DNA from: Tubulanus polymorphus
Lineage: Eukaryota > Animalia > Nemertea
Direction of reading: 5' to 3'
Length of the DNA: 64,000 nucleotides
Assembly: GCF_964204645.1 (NCBI RefSeq)
Contig: NC_134030.1
Coordinates: 11,305,947 to 11,369,946 of the forward strand
Under the pieces are notes generated by a model, which was not told the DNA's origin, made no database searches, and saw nothing but the letters and a program-made list of their open reading frames with translations. Shown in pieces: positions 1-12,348 of the stretch (its first letter is position 1; each line of letters opens with the position of its first letter). A program made the translations under genes and the position numbers.

Positions 1-3000
1 TAGTTAATGAATAATTAATCTCTTTTTCTCTTTTCCTTACGTTTTTATCCTAGTTGGTCAAGAGTCCAAGTTGGCCATGTCCGAGTGAGGCGATGTTTAC
101 CGTAAGGGTTTGTGTCTGGTCACCATATCTGTGACGGGTCGGGAATAGTGGTGACTAAATTTGGAATAGTGATTCACGACGAGGTATCAAGTTAGATACA
201 ATGTTAATGACTAGTCGTTTTAGTCGATAATTCTTTAATCTTTATTTATCGTGACAATTCCTAAATTCACCAATTTTCACTCTTTTTATGGCAAAATGAA
301 TGAATATTAATTCAAAGACTCTGGTATACTTTTTGTTTTCTCAAAATGAGTGGTGATTCCTGATTACCTGGTCAGGATACAATGTTAACGACAATAGTCG
401 TCCATGTGGATTAGTTCGAAATCCCTGATGCCCTTGTAAGTCTAAAATTTCCTCTTTTTATAGGAAATGAATAAGGTCAAATAATCTGCAATAATTTGCA
501 GTCTTGCGGAAATTTGAGTGTACTATTTGCCAAAAAATATCAACAATGATTTTGTATTCTAATAAGAGGCCAGGTTGAGGATGTTTTTTTATTTCGAGAG
601 AAAATGATAATGTTATCATGATACGTATCAATTGGATTAATTCCGAATTGTTTGTATCAAGGATATACCGTAATAACAATGATAATGATAATGCTGATGA
701 TGATGACAATGACGTAATGACAAAAAGACAATAATAAAACTTTCTTTTTATATTGCGCAATATCTACGCAATATCTGCACTTTACATAAGATGAGAAAAG
801 TAGATTAATTAAGTAATCAGCGGTGAAATACTCGACAATGAATAACTGCGACGACGACGAAATTATTTTATTATTAAAGCACAAACCTATTCTATTAAAT
901 AGTAGCAGCCTTGTTACACCTTTCTACAAATCATCCTTCCATCAACACTTTTCATACGGAGAAGGAAATTTGCCTGATATTCGAAAAGCTGTAAGTCTTC
1001 ACAGATTCCTCCTTCAGACACATGAAGCTCATGGACATTCATATGTTTCAGGATGGGGGAATATATTAATGGGAGCATCTCGTCTCTGTAGCTATTTCCT
1101 GAAAATGGGGCCACCTTTGATAGATCACGTGAGATATATTACATTTTACAAGTATATATGTATGTCTATATAGATTTGGAAACTAGCTGCGATTATAACT
1201 GTTTCTTCATTTTTTAGTTGATTTTTTCAAAATATTTGAACGATTGATTGGTGCCGAGTCAATACAGTTTGCCAACGGATGCTGATGATCGTCAAAGGAG
1301 AAAACTTTACGATGGCTCGTCAAGGCTCATACAGTAATCGGGAAGTGAGCGCTTTGAACCCGTATTTTAACGAGTTAATTTCTTTTAGACATTTGAATAT
1401 GAAGATTATGTTATAGCCATATCGAAATATATACGTATATATGCACATGTATAATGTACGTATTATCTAGGTACTTTAGAAACCTCTATCTTCAGAAGAA
1501 CTGATTAACAAATGGGCCACAGTGACTGATGATCAACATGTTTCTGTCGGAAAATGACATGACAGCACTTGCTTTGAAATCTAATGCTAAGGGAAGTTGA
1601 CGACGTGCTAGAAGTTTAAATTGCGTTTCATTCTCTCTTAGGCCTGGGCCGAAATGGATCATGCCATTTCTGCACTATCTTTAACTCCCACGAGTACTGA
1701 CTAGAAACACTACAAATCAGGTGCCTTAATTCAGTCAACATAAATTAGTTCCATAAATTGTTATAAGAAAAATCATTGCGTAAACGAATTATATCTATCG
1801 ACTATATTTTACTACAGCTCTGAAAGGGTAGAAATCAAAGGTTGCCGAATTAGTAGATACCGCCATAACATCTGTCTGCTTATGGAAGACGCATTGTTCT
1901 TGATATTAGGCCAAAAATGATACCTCGTTTCTCATTTCTGGCCGGATGCAAAAATCTTAGGCTTAGAGACCCGGTAAAATAATAACTTGCCAGCCTGGTG
2001 GTTGAAAATAAGTTCTTGGTTTACGAGAAATATAATAAAATAAAAACCGACCGGGCGAATGTCAGTATGTCTTCCTGCCGTTCTTTTTTCATTTTATTGG
2101 GGTTCGACCTTACCGGTATTAGAGGTCACGAGTTTCGCTACAAAGTTGAAATGTTACCTCACGGTTGGTGAGCAGTGATGAATTGTTTAACCGATAAATT
2201 TGTTTAAAAAATTATATCAAATGTCTTGTTGTGTTTGAAATCGGACACAGGCACGCAAGATCTGTCTGCTTTGGTCCTTTGTGTCAATCAGGAAATTTCC
2301 CGCATGATTCCGGAGAAGATTCTTCCGGAAGTTACTGACTTTTTTTCTGTGCAATTCCTGGACATGAAGGGCATATTGAAGACTAAAGGACATTTTTGAC
2401 AATGTTTTCATTCAGTGTGAGTACAATACATGTATGTAGTAATGATTTCTCAGTTCTGGTGTGAATGCCCGTAAACCTCTTTATGACACATTTTACTTGT
2501 ATAAGCTGGGTATCCTAGCTTTAAAAAAAATGAAAGGTTGCTTGCAAATAATTTTATTATAAATAAGAATGTCGCATGCCTGGTAAATTTTCAAACGTTC
2601 ATGTTTTTTGCCTGCTTGGTCATTTTCATGGACTTTTAAAATGTGACCCAAGTTATTATTTTTTGGCCTTATTCTAGAATCAGATTATGACGATGAACAG
2701 ATAATTGCAGATTTTCTGCTGCAGGATATCACACGACTCCACCCAATACAGTTTGAGTGGCACTGATAAAACACTTTTATTTAAATGAAAAAGTGAATAA
2801 TTTTCATCCAACTTTCTGTATGCCATGTTTCATCGAATTGCGATTGCAACTATAATTTTCTCTTCAGTGCTGATATGGGCATTTCATTTTCTGGCAACGT
2901 ATTCCGATGTATAAGACAAACTCTTTAAAGAAGTACCAAAAACATTGAACGAAATTGAATGAAGACGTGACACCCAATATGATTACACAATCGAAGTCAG

Positions 3001-3816
3001 CATACATGTATATAGTTGATGCGTTCCTTCTAATTGTTGTATTTAATTGAAGTCAACAAATTTGCAACAGGTAACTAATGAAACTTTGCGATGTGCTGTT
3101 GTAGCCCCTATTGGTGTTTGTGTCAATCCGAATCTCCTAGGGGGATACATATGTTGTTCCACAAGGGGTAAGCGTTTTTTATACGCTGCATGTTTATGAT
3201 TGGATGGTGAGTGGTTTATTTTGTACATTTTAAAAATACAGACACCAGTAATCCATGCATAAGAGGTTCACTTTCAAGATGAAACGTTTTATTCACAGCC
3301 CCACAAGTAAGTATGCGAATAGTAAAAAAAAACATTCTTCAACGCGTCCCTGTAGATTCTAATACTTGATTGGACTAGATCCAGAAATTCTCGAATGAAC
3401 AAGTTAGAACTCGTCCACCTCACGCCTTTGAACCGTATGGACGCTGGGAAAAGAAATTATCAGACAATTTGAGATAAAGATAGGGGTTCCTGAACAGATT
3501 ATCTCGCCAGTGTATGGTCTAGTAACACATCCCGACAAAGAGATCGGGATTACTATTTCCGAAAGAATGCAATGAATTTCATTTTTGCTTGAATAAATGT
3601 TCGAGTAGATTTAAGCCGAAAGGGATGGGACAAATTGGCTTCCGTGAGATTGGACGCCCAGGCCAGAAACGCTCGTGTGATCGTGACTGTAGTGACAAGA
3701 ACTCTGCGTAAACTCATTTGAAAACTGAAAAAATTACCAAAGTAGTGGAGTAAGAGGTATTTCATTTTTAGAGGACAGTTTATTTAAGCTCTAAATTAAG
3801 ATCCACACTTATTCCT

Positions 3817-6800
3817 TTATTCATTGCTGAAAAAAACCAGAAATTGAAAAAAATCCCTTAACTTAAATCTGAATAAAAGATCATATTTTAATGGGATATA
3901 TCATATTAATCTGTTCAGTATTCTGCCATTTTGGTGGGTGTTCTTTATCAACTTACCAAAATCCGCATGTTTTTCTACACTTGATACTCATGTAGCCGGC
4001 AAAGCCCCTATCTGTACACCACTTCTTCTTCTTCCACTGAGGACATTTCGGCGATTCGTCAAAACACGCTGAAAAAACCGTTATATTAGACACGTATTAG
4101 CAGATTTACTGACTTCGTCGTGTCTGAAATGGAGTCTTCGATGGGCCAAGTGGTAGATAAAACTATGCAAGGGTAGGTTATTGAGATTCCGACAGAATCC
4201 ATACACCTTTCTAATCTTTTACAAGCTGTCAGCCTAAAGAATCCCGACGAATCCTTTCCATTGAACAACTCACAGGCCAATCTCATGTAATCATTTTGCC
4301 CAGAAGCCCGGGTAATTTGTAAATCTTTCTAGACATGCCCCTGATTTCCAGTCTTGCAATGAGTAGCGTATAACGTTATATTCTATCAGTATCATGATAC
4401 ACGTTTTATGAGGCGTTGATAACGTGATTATAGCTTGCGTAGGCGGAGCTAAATTGACTGCTCTAAAGCTCAGAAATCCATCAGTGAGCCAAATAGGCCT
4501 GAAACCTCACAACTCACTACTTCTATTCGCTATCTCGTAAACACACACAATGCAGTGAAACGCTCGGATACATTTTTGTGTTTCATGTTCCCTAGTTTCC
4601 GAGTGTGCGTTGAGCTTAATTAGCCACTATAACCAAACGCATAGCTCTTCTCAATTTTCCTAGCCCTATAGTGTACTCACTCGGCGGTTTAATTCCGCTC
4701 CCGGGTGGGCATCCATAAAATTTCTGGACCATTTCCACATCGCGAGTGTGCAGTTTGCGAGCCCCGATGTATGCTGCCGAGTCTTTCGGTTCCATTGTCG
4801 GCTCGCCATTAGAGCTTCAAAGTGAAAAGTAGGGAACATAAGACAAAACGAGGTTAACGTCTACACCTAATGAATTAATATCTTTGTCAAGTGCTTTCTA
4901 ACCATAATATTTAACGTGGATTTTCCTCTCGCAGTGGATAAGTGCTTTTCTCAAAAAGTCTTAAATCGGAAAAATTTGTTTGCAGTTAGAAGGTATACCT
5001 GAAGGCGTATCTGCCGTAATGCATTATTGACTCATACTCGTAAGGTAGTCCTTGATTGTTCGTATTTGCTATATCAAAGTTGTGCTCTTTTCCTAAAAAA
5101 ACGATTACGATAATGTGTATTGAATATCGTGTCGTCATGTGATATGAAAATAAAAAGAATCAGTAACCTAAATTGCATTACATAACATTTTAACAACCTA
5201 GAATATATAATGAAGTGATCCTTATATAAATTGCTAAAATTCATGAATGAATATTTGTATTTATATTATGTTTTTCATTTTTTTCGGACAAATACCGCAA
5301 GATATCATTTTAAAATAACTGAGGCCACAAATCGTCGATGTGTGATTGTTATTGTCAAGTACAAAAAATAAGGAAATTCTCGAGATCTTATTGTAAGAAC
5401 GCAAATTCTCTCGATATAAAAAACAAATCTTAACGTGGGAAACAAATATTAAAGTCGAGAAAAGATATTACTATATGTTTCTTCGATATAAACTTTGCTT
5501 TTACATTTTCACCCCGAAACCACCACCATGTGTATTACGTGCTATCCGCACCGGGTTGGATATTTCCCCAGTTTATTGTCAGGTATTTGTCTCGATCTGA
5601 ACGACTTTGTTCGTGTTTGAATCCCAAAGCGTGTAGAAATTCGTGCTGTATCGATGTCGAACAGCGGGACTCCTGTAGCGACATGTATTGCGTACCACCT
5701 TGCATACCGACAGATGACCGACACCTGCAATATGTAGAATACACACTAGTTTTAGTAAAATGGTGTACAGGTAAATCACTAGATAGCGTGAAAAGGCCAA
5801 AAAATTTCGGTAAAATTATCCAGATAATAAGATAAAAATCCACTATCTACAGATTAAAAGAATTTTAAAATCAAGAATTTATTTATTCGAACAATCTAAA
5901 ATATATAAAATACACGACGTTTCGATCTCACCCTAGAGATCATCGTCAGGTTAATTGTGTAATGCGGCGTTAAGTGAAATTATTTATACTTCCAGCAATT
6001 ACACTAAACGCCACATAGTTGAGTCTGCCCTAAATACTCGTCACTCAGATATTAGTACTAATTTAAATAATGAATTTTCTCCGCACAATTCCCTTCTTTC
6101 TAATTATATTACTTCATGCCTTGCCAAACACTAATTACTTACTCACTCACCAATTTACTCAATTAACCTGTTCTCCTGTTTTTAGTCTATATCTCACACC
6201 TGACGATGATCTCTAGGGTGAGATCGAAACGTCGTGTATTTTATATATTTTAGATTGTTCGAATAATTAAATTCTTGATTTTAAAATTCTTTTAATCTGT
6301 AGATTAACGTTCCCCTGTTCCCCTGTATTAGTGTCTTTGGTGGTGGATTGATTACCCGTAGCCGCTATAAATTGATATGTAATCTCTCTGATTCGTCCGT
6401 TCGATAAACTCGATACAGGAACCGACTCTGGTTTTAAGTTGCTTCAGGGCTGAACGGATTTTCTGCTGCATGCGCGTACCTATACAATACATAATATGTA
6501 CTCATTTTAGCAGCGGGAACAAAGTACGCCTAACGAACTACATTGGGAAAAAACGTGCAAACGTGTGAATAACATCTCAAAATCTGATAAGCACATTTGA
6601 CCGATTGGTAGTCATAAGATAAATTACATGAATCGCAGATGCTTATTGCGTAAAAACTCGTACTTTAGGAGCTAGGGCCGAAAAACTGAATTTTGGAAAT
6701 CAGGGCCCCATTTTCTGCACCTCAGGGCCAAAACGGTTGATCTTATGAAAAGGTGCCACTGCAAAAATTTACTTCAGGTTATGAGCTATAACTTTCCTGC

Positions 6801-8170
6801 TGACGTTACACTAAAATCTCAATCATACTAAACTATTCGACCTCTTAAATTTGAAAAAACATTATTATTTCATAGAGATCTGTTTAGAATTGACAGAAAA
6901 ACCGAAGAAATAAATCATTTCGAAGTTTCCTGTGTGGAAGAAAAATTTGAACATGAATGATATGATAGAGTTTCTGCGGTTGTAAACAGCCGTTAAAATG
7001 ACGTTTGGTGGGATTGTGGTGAATTTCTACTTACTCATTTCGCTCATGTCATATACAACCTTTCCCTGCGGCCATTTTCGAGCGTGTGCGTATGCATTCT
7101 TAACCTAGAGAGGTAATAGCAGAAATACGCTTTAAAACTCAATCAAATAAATAGAAGGGACTGTTCCCGATCACGAGCTAAAAATATGTTCTTCATAAAA
7201 TAATCATGTAGTTATATGCCAAACATAGAGATTTTTAAAACCAGTCAGAAATTTTTGATACGGTTTTGAAAGAAAAATCGTATTGAAAGAAGTCGCAGGT
7301 TGCACACTATACACCGAAACCAACAAGTCGTCGAATCTTATCAAAATACAAGATGTAACATCAGGGAAAATCCATTGTGGCCACAAGTCGGCTTCTTTTT
7401 GTAACGTTATATTAAGTATTTTATACTAGAGGTAAATTGCTCCAATGAAAATAAATTTGAAAATTCATTCAAATTCATTCAAAAGTATAATGACAAGCCA
7501 CTTACGGTTTTTCCCCTGATAATATCGCCTTCGAATGCTCCGGAAAACTCGTCAAAATGCGTTCCTGAAGATCAAAATATTTAGCATTGCATTCAATTTC
7601 GATTAGTCATGAAATCACCGTGTAAAGGTATCGAACTGGCAGCCTAGATAACCACCACCATATCAAACATTCGTCATATTTTGTCTTCTGCTGGTGGTTT
7701 ATTTGTTGATTTAATTTCAATCAATTGAAGCCTGAAGTATGAAGCATAAAACCATGGGCGGATGGTGAAACGCTTTTTGTGTTAGTGCAGGCTTTGATTA
7801 ATTGGGAGCAGATGAAGTGAGGGCAGTAGACATTTTTTAACATTTCAATTTTTAGAATTTATGAATTTCAAAAGATGCATAGCAAATTTTGATGATTAGA
7901 AACTGTTGCTTGTATTAAACTTACTCTTGTATTCCTCGAATTGGCGGTTAGTCTAAGAAAAAAAGGTAATTTGATGATTGTTCGCGAAAAGATATTACAT
8001 AAGTCATATCAAAAGAAGTTACACCAAAAATGGGAATCACAGATTAGAAATCCTAACATTGAAAGAAAATGATCTAACTTTGTGTAATGATGTTAATTAC
8101 AATTCAACCCTACCAGGCCGGCTCTGACGCCTGTCCATAGCACCACCACAGCAATGACCGTCCAAAGCAT
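3817..8170 (-). CDS. Astacin-family (M12A) zinc metalloprotease with C-terminal ShKT domain, multi-exon host gene
   Basis: Hand-assembled GT-AG exons with compatible phases: 7564-7506 (propeptide FEGDI), 7104-7035 (KNA..RKWPQGKVVY), 6479-6356 (CIEFIERTNQRDYI), 5724-5552 (HEFLHALGFKHEQSRSDRD zinc motif), 5092-4999 (Met-turn SIMHY), 4814-4681 (..KFYGC), 4068-3957 (ShKT CFDESPKCPQWKKKKWCTD..MSIKCRKTCGFC), 3826-3817 (C-N-E-stop). A putative signal-peptide exon at 8170-8114 (MLWTVIAVVVLWTGVRAGL) is phase-incompatible with the next exon found, so the 5' end is uncertain. Confidence 0.9.
5845..6304. mobile_element. Penelope-like retroelement remnant (inverted pseudo-LTR arrangement) in an astacin intron
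   Basis: 107-bp inverted repeat at 5845-5951 / 6198-6304 with one mismatch. Each arm carries CTGACGA...GAAACGTC, typical of Penelope pLTRs. Confidence 0.75.
6196..6237 (+). ncRNA. Minimal type I hammerhead ribozyme (Penelope type)
   Basis: ACAC-CUGACGA-U-GAUCUC(UAGGGU)GAGAUC-GAAAC-GUC-GUGU: conserved core, 6-bp stem II, stem I ACAC/GUGU, ACGU palindrome in place of stem III, GUC cleavage triplet. Confidence 0.75.
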
Positions 8171-9930
8171 TTCCAAAAAAGTTTTGAAACATCTTAACGG
8201 ACACGAACGCTTAAATATCAAAACTTTCGGTGACCTGATATCTCCCCGGTAGAACCCAAATCCGGTAGCATCGATAAAATTATTAAAGATTTGAGATTTT
8301 ACCAGGTGGTACACTGTAGATAACTGCTGTTTTTCGTTTATCGCACGAATGCATGTTCCACAGCCATTGGGCAAGATAATATTTGAGGCTAAAAGGTGGC
8401 CAGTCATGCTCTTGACTTGTTGATTTCGAAAGTGACTGATTCATGTATTTTTTTCAGATGCCGATCATTCCTAAAGGTACCGAATGTATGGATAAAAGCT
8501 CATGATCTTGATTTCTCTTACGTCGTTTGGAAGTAAAACGATTATCTCATTTCTTAATGTGTTTAAATTAATGATATGAATATGATGTAATTGTGATTGA
8601 TTCAATCTAGTGTAACAAATATCCTTGAATTATTTTAATTGTTTCTGTCATGTAACTTGTAATTGTCAATGTGTATGCATGTAAGTGTGTGGGCAACTGG
8701 GCTAGTTAATAATTCGAACTAGTTAATTTTTCGCTAATTCGCGTTTGTGAAACAAATTTAACCATCGAATTAACTTTAAACCCGAAGACGATCCGATCAT
8801 ACAAACACTGCCACTCCTTACCTCTCAATCAAATCAGATTTACGATTGGTTTCTCATCGCGCCCCTCTACTGCAACTCTACTTTTAGTTCCATTATTATT
8901 TGAACGCCACTGTTTCAAGTAATGAGTACCTCTCTACCGACTAGCGTGCCATCTATCCACGAGCTGCTGATTGCGAACCTTATTGATTTATCGCCGTCTG
9001 CTATGTGTATTCTATAGCGCGACTAGCCGTATATGTTGATAGATAATGAGAACGGTGAACCAACATGTGTCACGTCCGCCTCCACATGACACAACAATCT
9101 TCTGACAATCCCGAAAGTATTCGCTGTAACACTGGATCATAACATCAGTACTTGGTACTTGGCGTTTTCATGCCACAAATGTTACCGCCATACAGGCGTT
9201 GTAGCTCATTGTAAATGCCGTGGCATCGACATTTTACGTCGAGCGCAAAGATTTTGGCTTGTTGATTGTCAGCACCATCCGGAAATACGTCATCTGAAAA
9301 GTTAGCGCTTTCATTCCCGCACGAAGTTGACTTTGTTCCAAGTATCAGTCCGCCGTTCAACCGCATCACCAGTCCCTTAGCGCAGGTCTTCTAAATATTG
9401 GCTGTCACTATCAATAGATGCACACTTGAGATGCAGACCAGATTCCTCAATATCCTTGATTTTCCATCCAATAGCTCTCGCTGAGGGGTTCTTGGCGTGC
9501 CCGGTTACGTCAGGTGTCCTTCTTGACAAGTCACCACTACCATTAGTTGCGGAGCCACTGACTGGTTCCGATGATGTCGTGTTTGTCCGATTGGTCCTCA
9601 CAGCCGATGTTAATTGCCTGGGATGCGTTTTCCCTTCTTCCGTCGTCCAGCGATCCGTATACTGTTGGTATCGACAATCGAGATGAACGTTGAGTGGCGC
9701 ATCTGCTGCAAATCCCCTCAGTCCTGCGGCGCTGGGACCTGATTTGCCCGGTGTTCGGTCGACCTTGTCATATAACTTGTGCTGCGGATTCCACTTGTTG
9801 AACATGCGCGTCGCATTGATTTTAATGACATCATCCAGGACAGGCCCCATTTAACGATGAGATCCGATATAAACTTTGGCTGCCCATAGAGACTTGACAC
9901 CGCATTTAGGTTCCAGAAAAGACTAACATT

Positions 9931-10644
9931 TCAAATGTCTTTCTCATTGACAGATTTCATACACGTTGACGCGAGCTTTGCGAGTACGTCACAATTTGGT
10001 TCACTATCCTGTGGTTTAGGACGCGTTAATTTCAATCCACTGTAGAGCTGTGCTGAACATCTCGAATATAGCACAGCTACTGCTACATCCCATAGGTAGG
10101 CATCGGTCGTAATAGTAGTCTCCATCCCAGGATATTCCCAAAAGGGGTATTGCGATTGGTAGAGAGGGATGATGCGGAAGGCCGACTTGATGTCCGTCTT
10201 AGCTAGGTAGCAGCCCCTACCTAGGCGTTTAATAATCGCGATTGCATCCGATACCCTAGTATATTGGACTGATGCAAATTCGTCAGGAACACCTTCATTC
10301 ACTGATTCACCCTTTGGATAGCTAAGGTGGTGTATTAGGCGGAATTCCCCAGGAGAAATGGCGGATTTGCAAAAGGGCCCGCTATTCGGCCTGCCATAAC
10401 CTCCTTTTGCAGCTTCTGCTGGGTTACGATGTTGTATTTCACCCCTGAATTGAATATGGAAGCCCTGCTGGAACCCTAAGATTAACACTTGCACAATATT
10501 TGGGTCATAACTGGATAAATAGTGGGGGAGTCTACTGACTCTTACTGAAGTTGGCAGCTTGACCTGTTTTAAACCCGGTCCCCTCTCTGGGGCAGGCCGA
10601 CCTGACCCCTGCTGCACTGGAAAGATTGGTGAGCTTGTCCGCAC
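9931..10644 (-). pseudogene. DIRS/Ngaro-type tyrosine-recombinase retrotransposon reverse transcriptase, truncated and frameshifted
   Basis: FRLIHHLSYPKGESVN, SVQY and AKTDIKSAFRIIPL, then a frameshifted LPMGCSSSCAIFE. No RNase H or YR downstream. Confidence 0.85.
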
Positions 10645-10649
10645 CTATA

Positions 10650-11434
10650 ACACGAGTGCTCGAATGTACAGTTAGGTTTGGTGCAGCGTGAAATGATTGA
10701 AATGAGTGAAATGCAAAGCAGTGGCCTGCTGGAGTCTGCTGGGATGGTGGCCGGTGAAAATACTGCTTTGGCCTATTAGATTGAACTGGATTGAAGGCTT
10801 GGTTATAAATTCGGGTATGTATCAGATCCCATTGCAGTTCAATCCTCGACTAATTTAACAGGCGAAATTCCGCATCATATGCCTTCCAGTCACCAGCGCG
10901 TGCTGCAATGTGATGGATGAGGGACGAATAGGCAATTAGTTACCGTGCCTGTGCAGGTTGTGCCTGTACATATACCGCCATAAAGACGTTGAATGCAGTC
11001 GTCCATTGCTCAATGGAGTTGATGTGGACAGATCGGGGTCCCTTTTTAACCTTCCAAACCGGGGTGCCTCTCACCCGATCGAGGCTGTATTCCACGGAGC
11101 CGTTTGAATACACAGAGGTGTGCAGCAAGACCCCCAGCTCTACGTATCTGTTGCCCTGAATCGCCTTCTTTATATCAGGACCGACTGAATCGGCCAGAGA
11201 ATCGGGGATCTCATCTAGTTGACCCTGAACCAAGTTCCCCATCAATTCGTTACCTGCCTGGTCGCGATCCATCGTAATGTCACCGACCACTTGATCAGCA
11301 ATGGAGTGCTGATTAGCCGCAGTTCCGGCTGACGCCTCCACTGATCGCCTGGCAGTCACTTGCCCCAGACTGGATGGAACTGTTGGTGGCACTGCACCAA
11401 GGGGCAGCGCCGGACAGAATGTACCCGTACACAC
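10650..11434 (-). pseudogene. DIRS/Ngaro gag-like ORF, disrupted
   Basis: IKKAIQGNRYVELGVLL and INSIEQWTTAFNVFMAVY, then DWKAYDAEFR and a Cys/His-rich remnant immediately upstream of the RT. Confidence 0.75.
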
Positions 11435-11715
11435 AGTAAGCTGCGAACCAAAAATTGAAACTGTAATATTGGGCGGTGTGACGTGACGCGGCCGGGCAGA
11501 ATGTACCTGTGCGACGAAAATTGAAACTGTAATTGAAATAATTGAAAAATTGATATAAGCCTACTGGATGGACAGTCCATAAGTTGTTACGAGCTCTGAT
11601 CGTACCCTAATAAATGTATGTTAAAGTTTGCCATAATACGCCTATAGGTGTATGTGAATTTATAAGGTAGGCTAATTATCAATGCTATGCGTTGGGTCGC
11701 TCGACTAGGAGCCAG

Positions 11716-12348
11716 TCAGGACTTTCTGGCCATATATGATTGCCCCTCTGACTGCAGCACTTGGTACTTGGTGTTAGCCTGAGTGTTTAGATGGATTCCG
11801 TCCGTTAACTGATCCGTCCAGTTCCCTGCTGCCGGATCCTGGGCCAGACCCTTTGACTTCCAGAATGTGGTATTTGGCTCGGCGGATAGAACAACTTCCA
11901 AGTACTTATCCAAAACCATGACCGTGTTGTTGTAGTCTGGCACCGAATCGGGTACTTTGTACCTCTTCATCGCCCTCAATACTATAACATGGCCCACTCC
12001 CACCCCTAGGAAATGCTCCGCCAATTGGTAAATGTCGTAGCCCAATTTAGCGGGGTGACACCCTGGGATACATAAGTCATTCGATCCGATGTCCAGGATG
12101 AGGACCCTAGGGGTGAAACATATCATATGCGGCAGGAGGCCGTAAAGAGTATCGACTTTCGCGCCACCTAATCCGACCACAGAGGTCAAAGTTGTCTTAG
12201 GGTCTAAGTTGAAATTCCCACCAAAAACAGGGTACTCTGAGCTTTCAATATAATTATGCAGTCTCTTTACAAATGGATGGCCTACCACCATACACTTAAA
12301 AGGCACGAGATTCTGTGCCTGCCTAGAGCCGAAGCGAAAATAAGCCAT
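11716..12348 (-). CDS. SGNH/GDSL hydrolase-like ORF of the DIRS/Ngaro element
   Basis: Blocks VVGHPFVKR (Ser replaced by Pro), GLGGA, ILDIGSNDL and DGIHLN. Intronless and adjacent to gag/RT on the same strand. Confidence 0.75.
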   Translation of the reverse strand: MAYFRFGSRQAQNLVPFKCMVVGHPFVKRLHNYIESSEYPVFGGNFNLDPKTTLTSVVGLGGAKVDTLYGLLPHMICFTPRVLILDIGSNDLCIPGCHPAKLGYDIYQLAEHFLGVGVGHVIVLRAMKRYKVPDSVPDYNNTVMVLDKYLEVVLSAEPNTTFWKSKGLAQDPAAGNWTDQLTDGIHLNTQANTKYQVLQSEGQSYMARKS

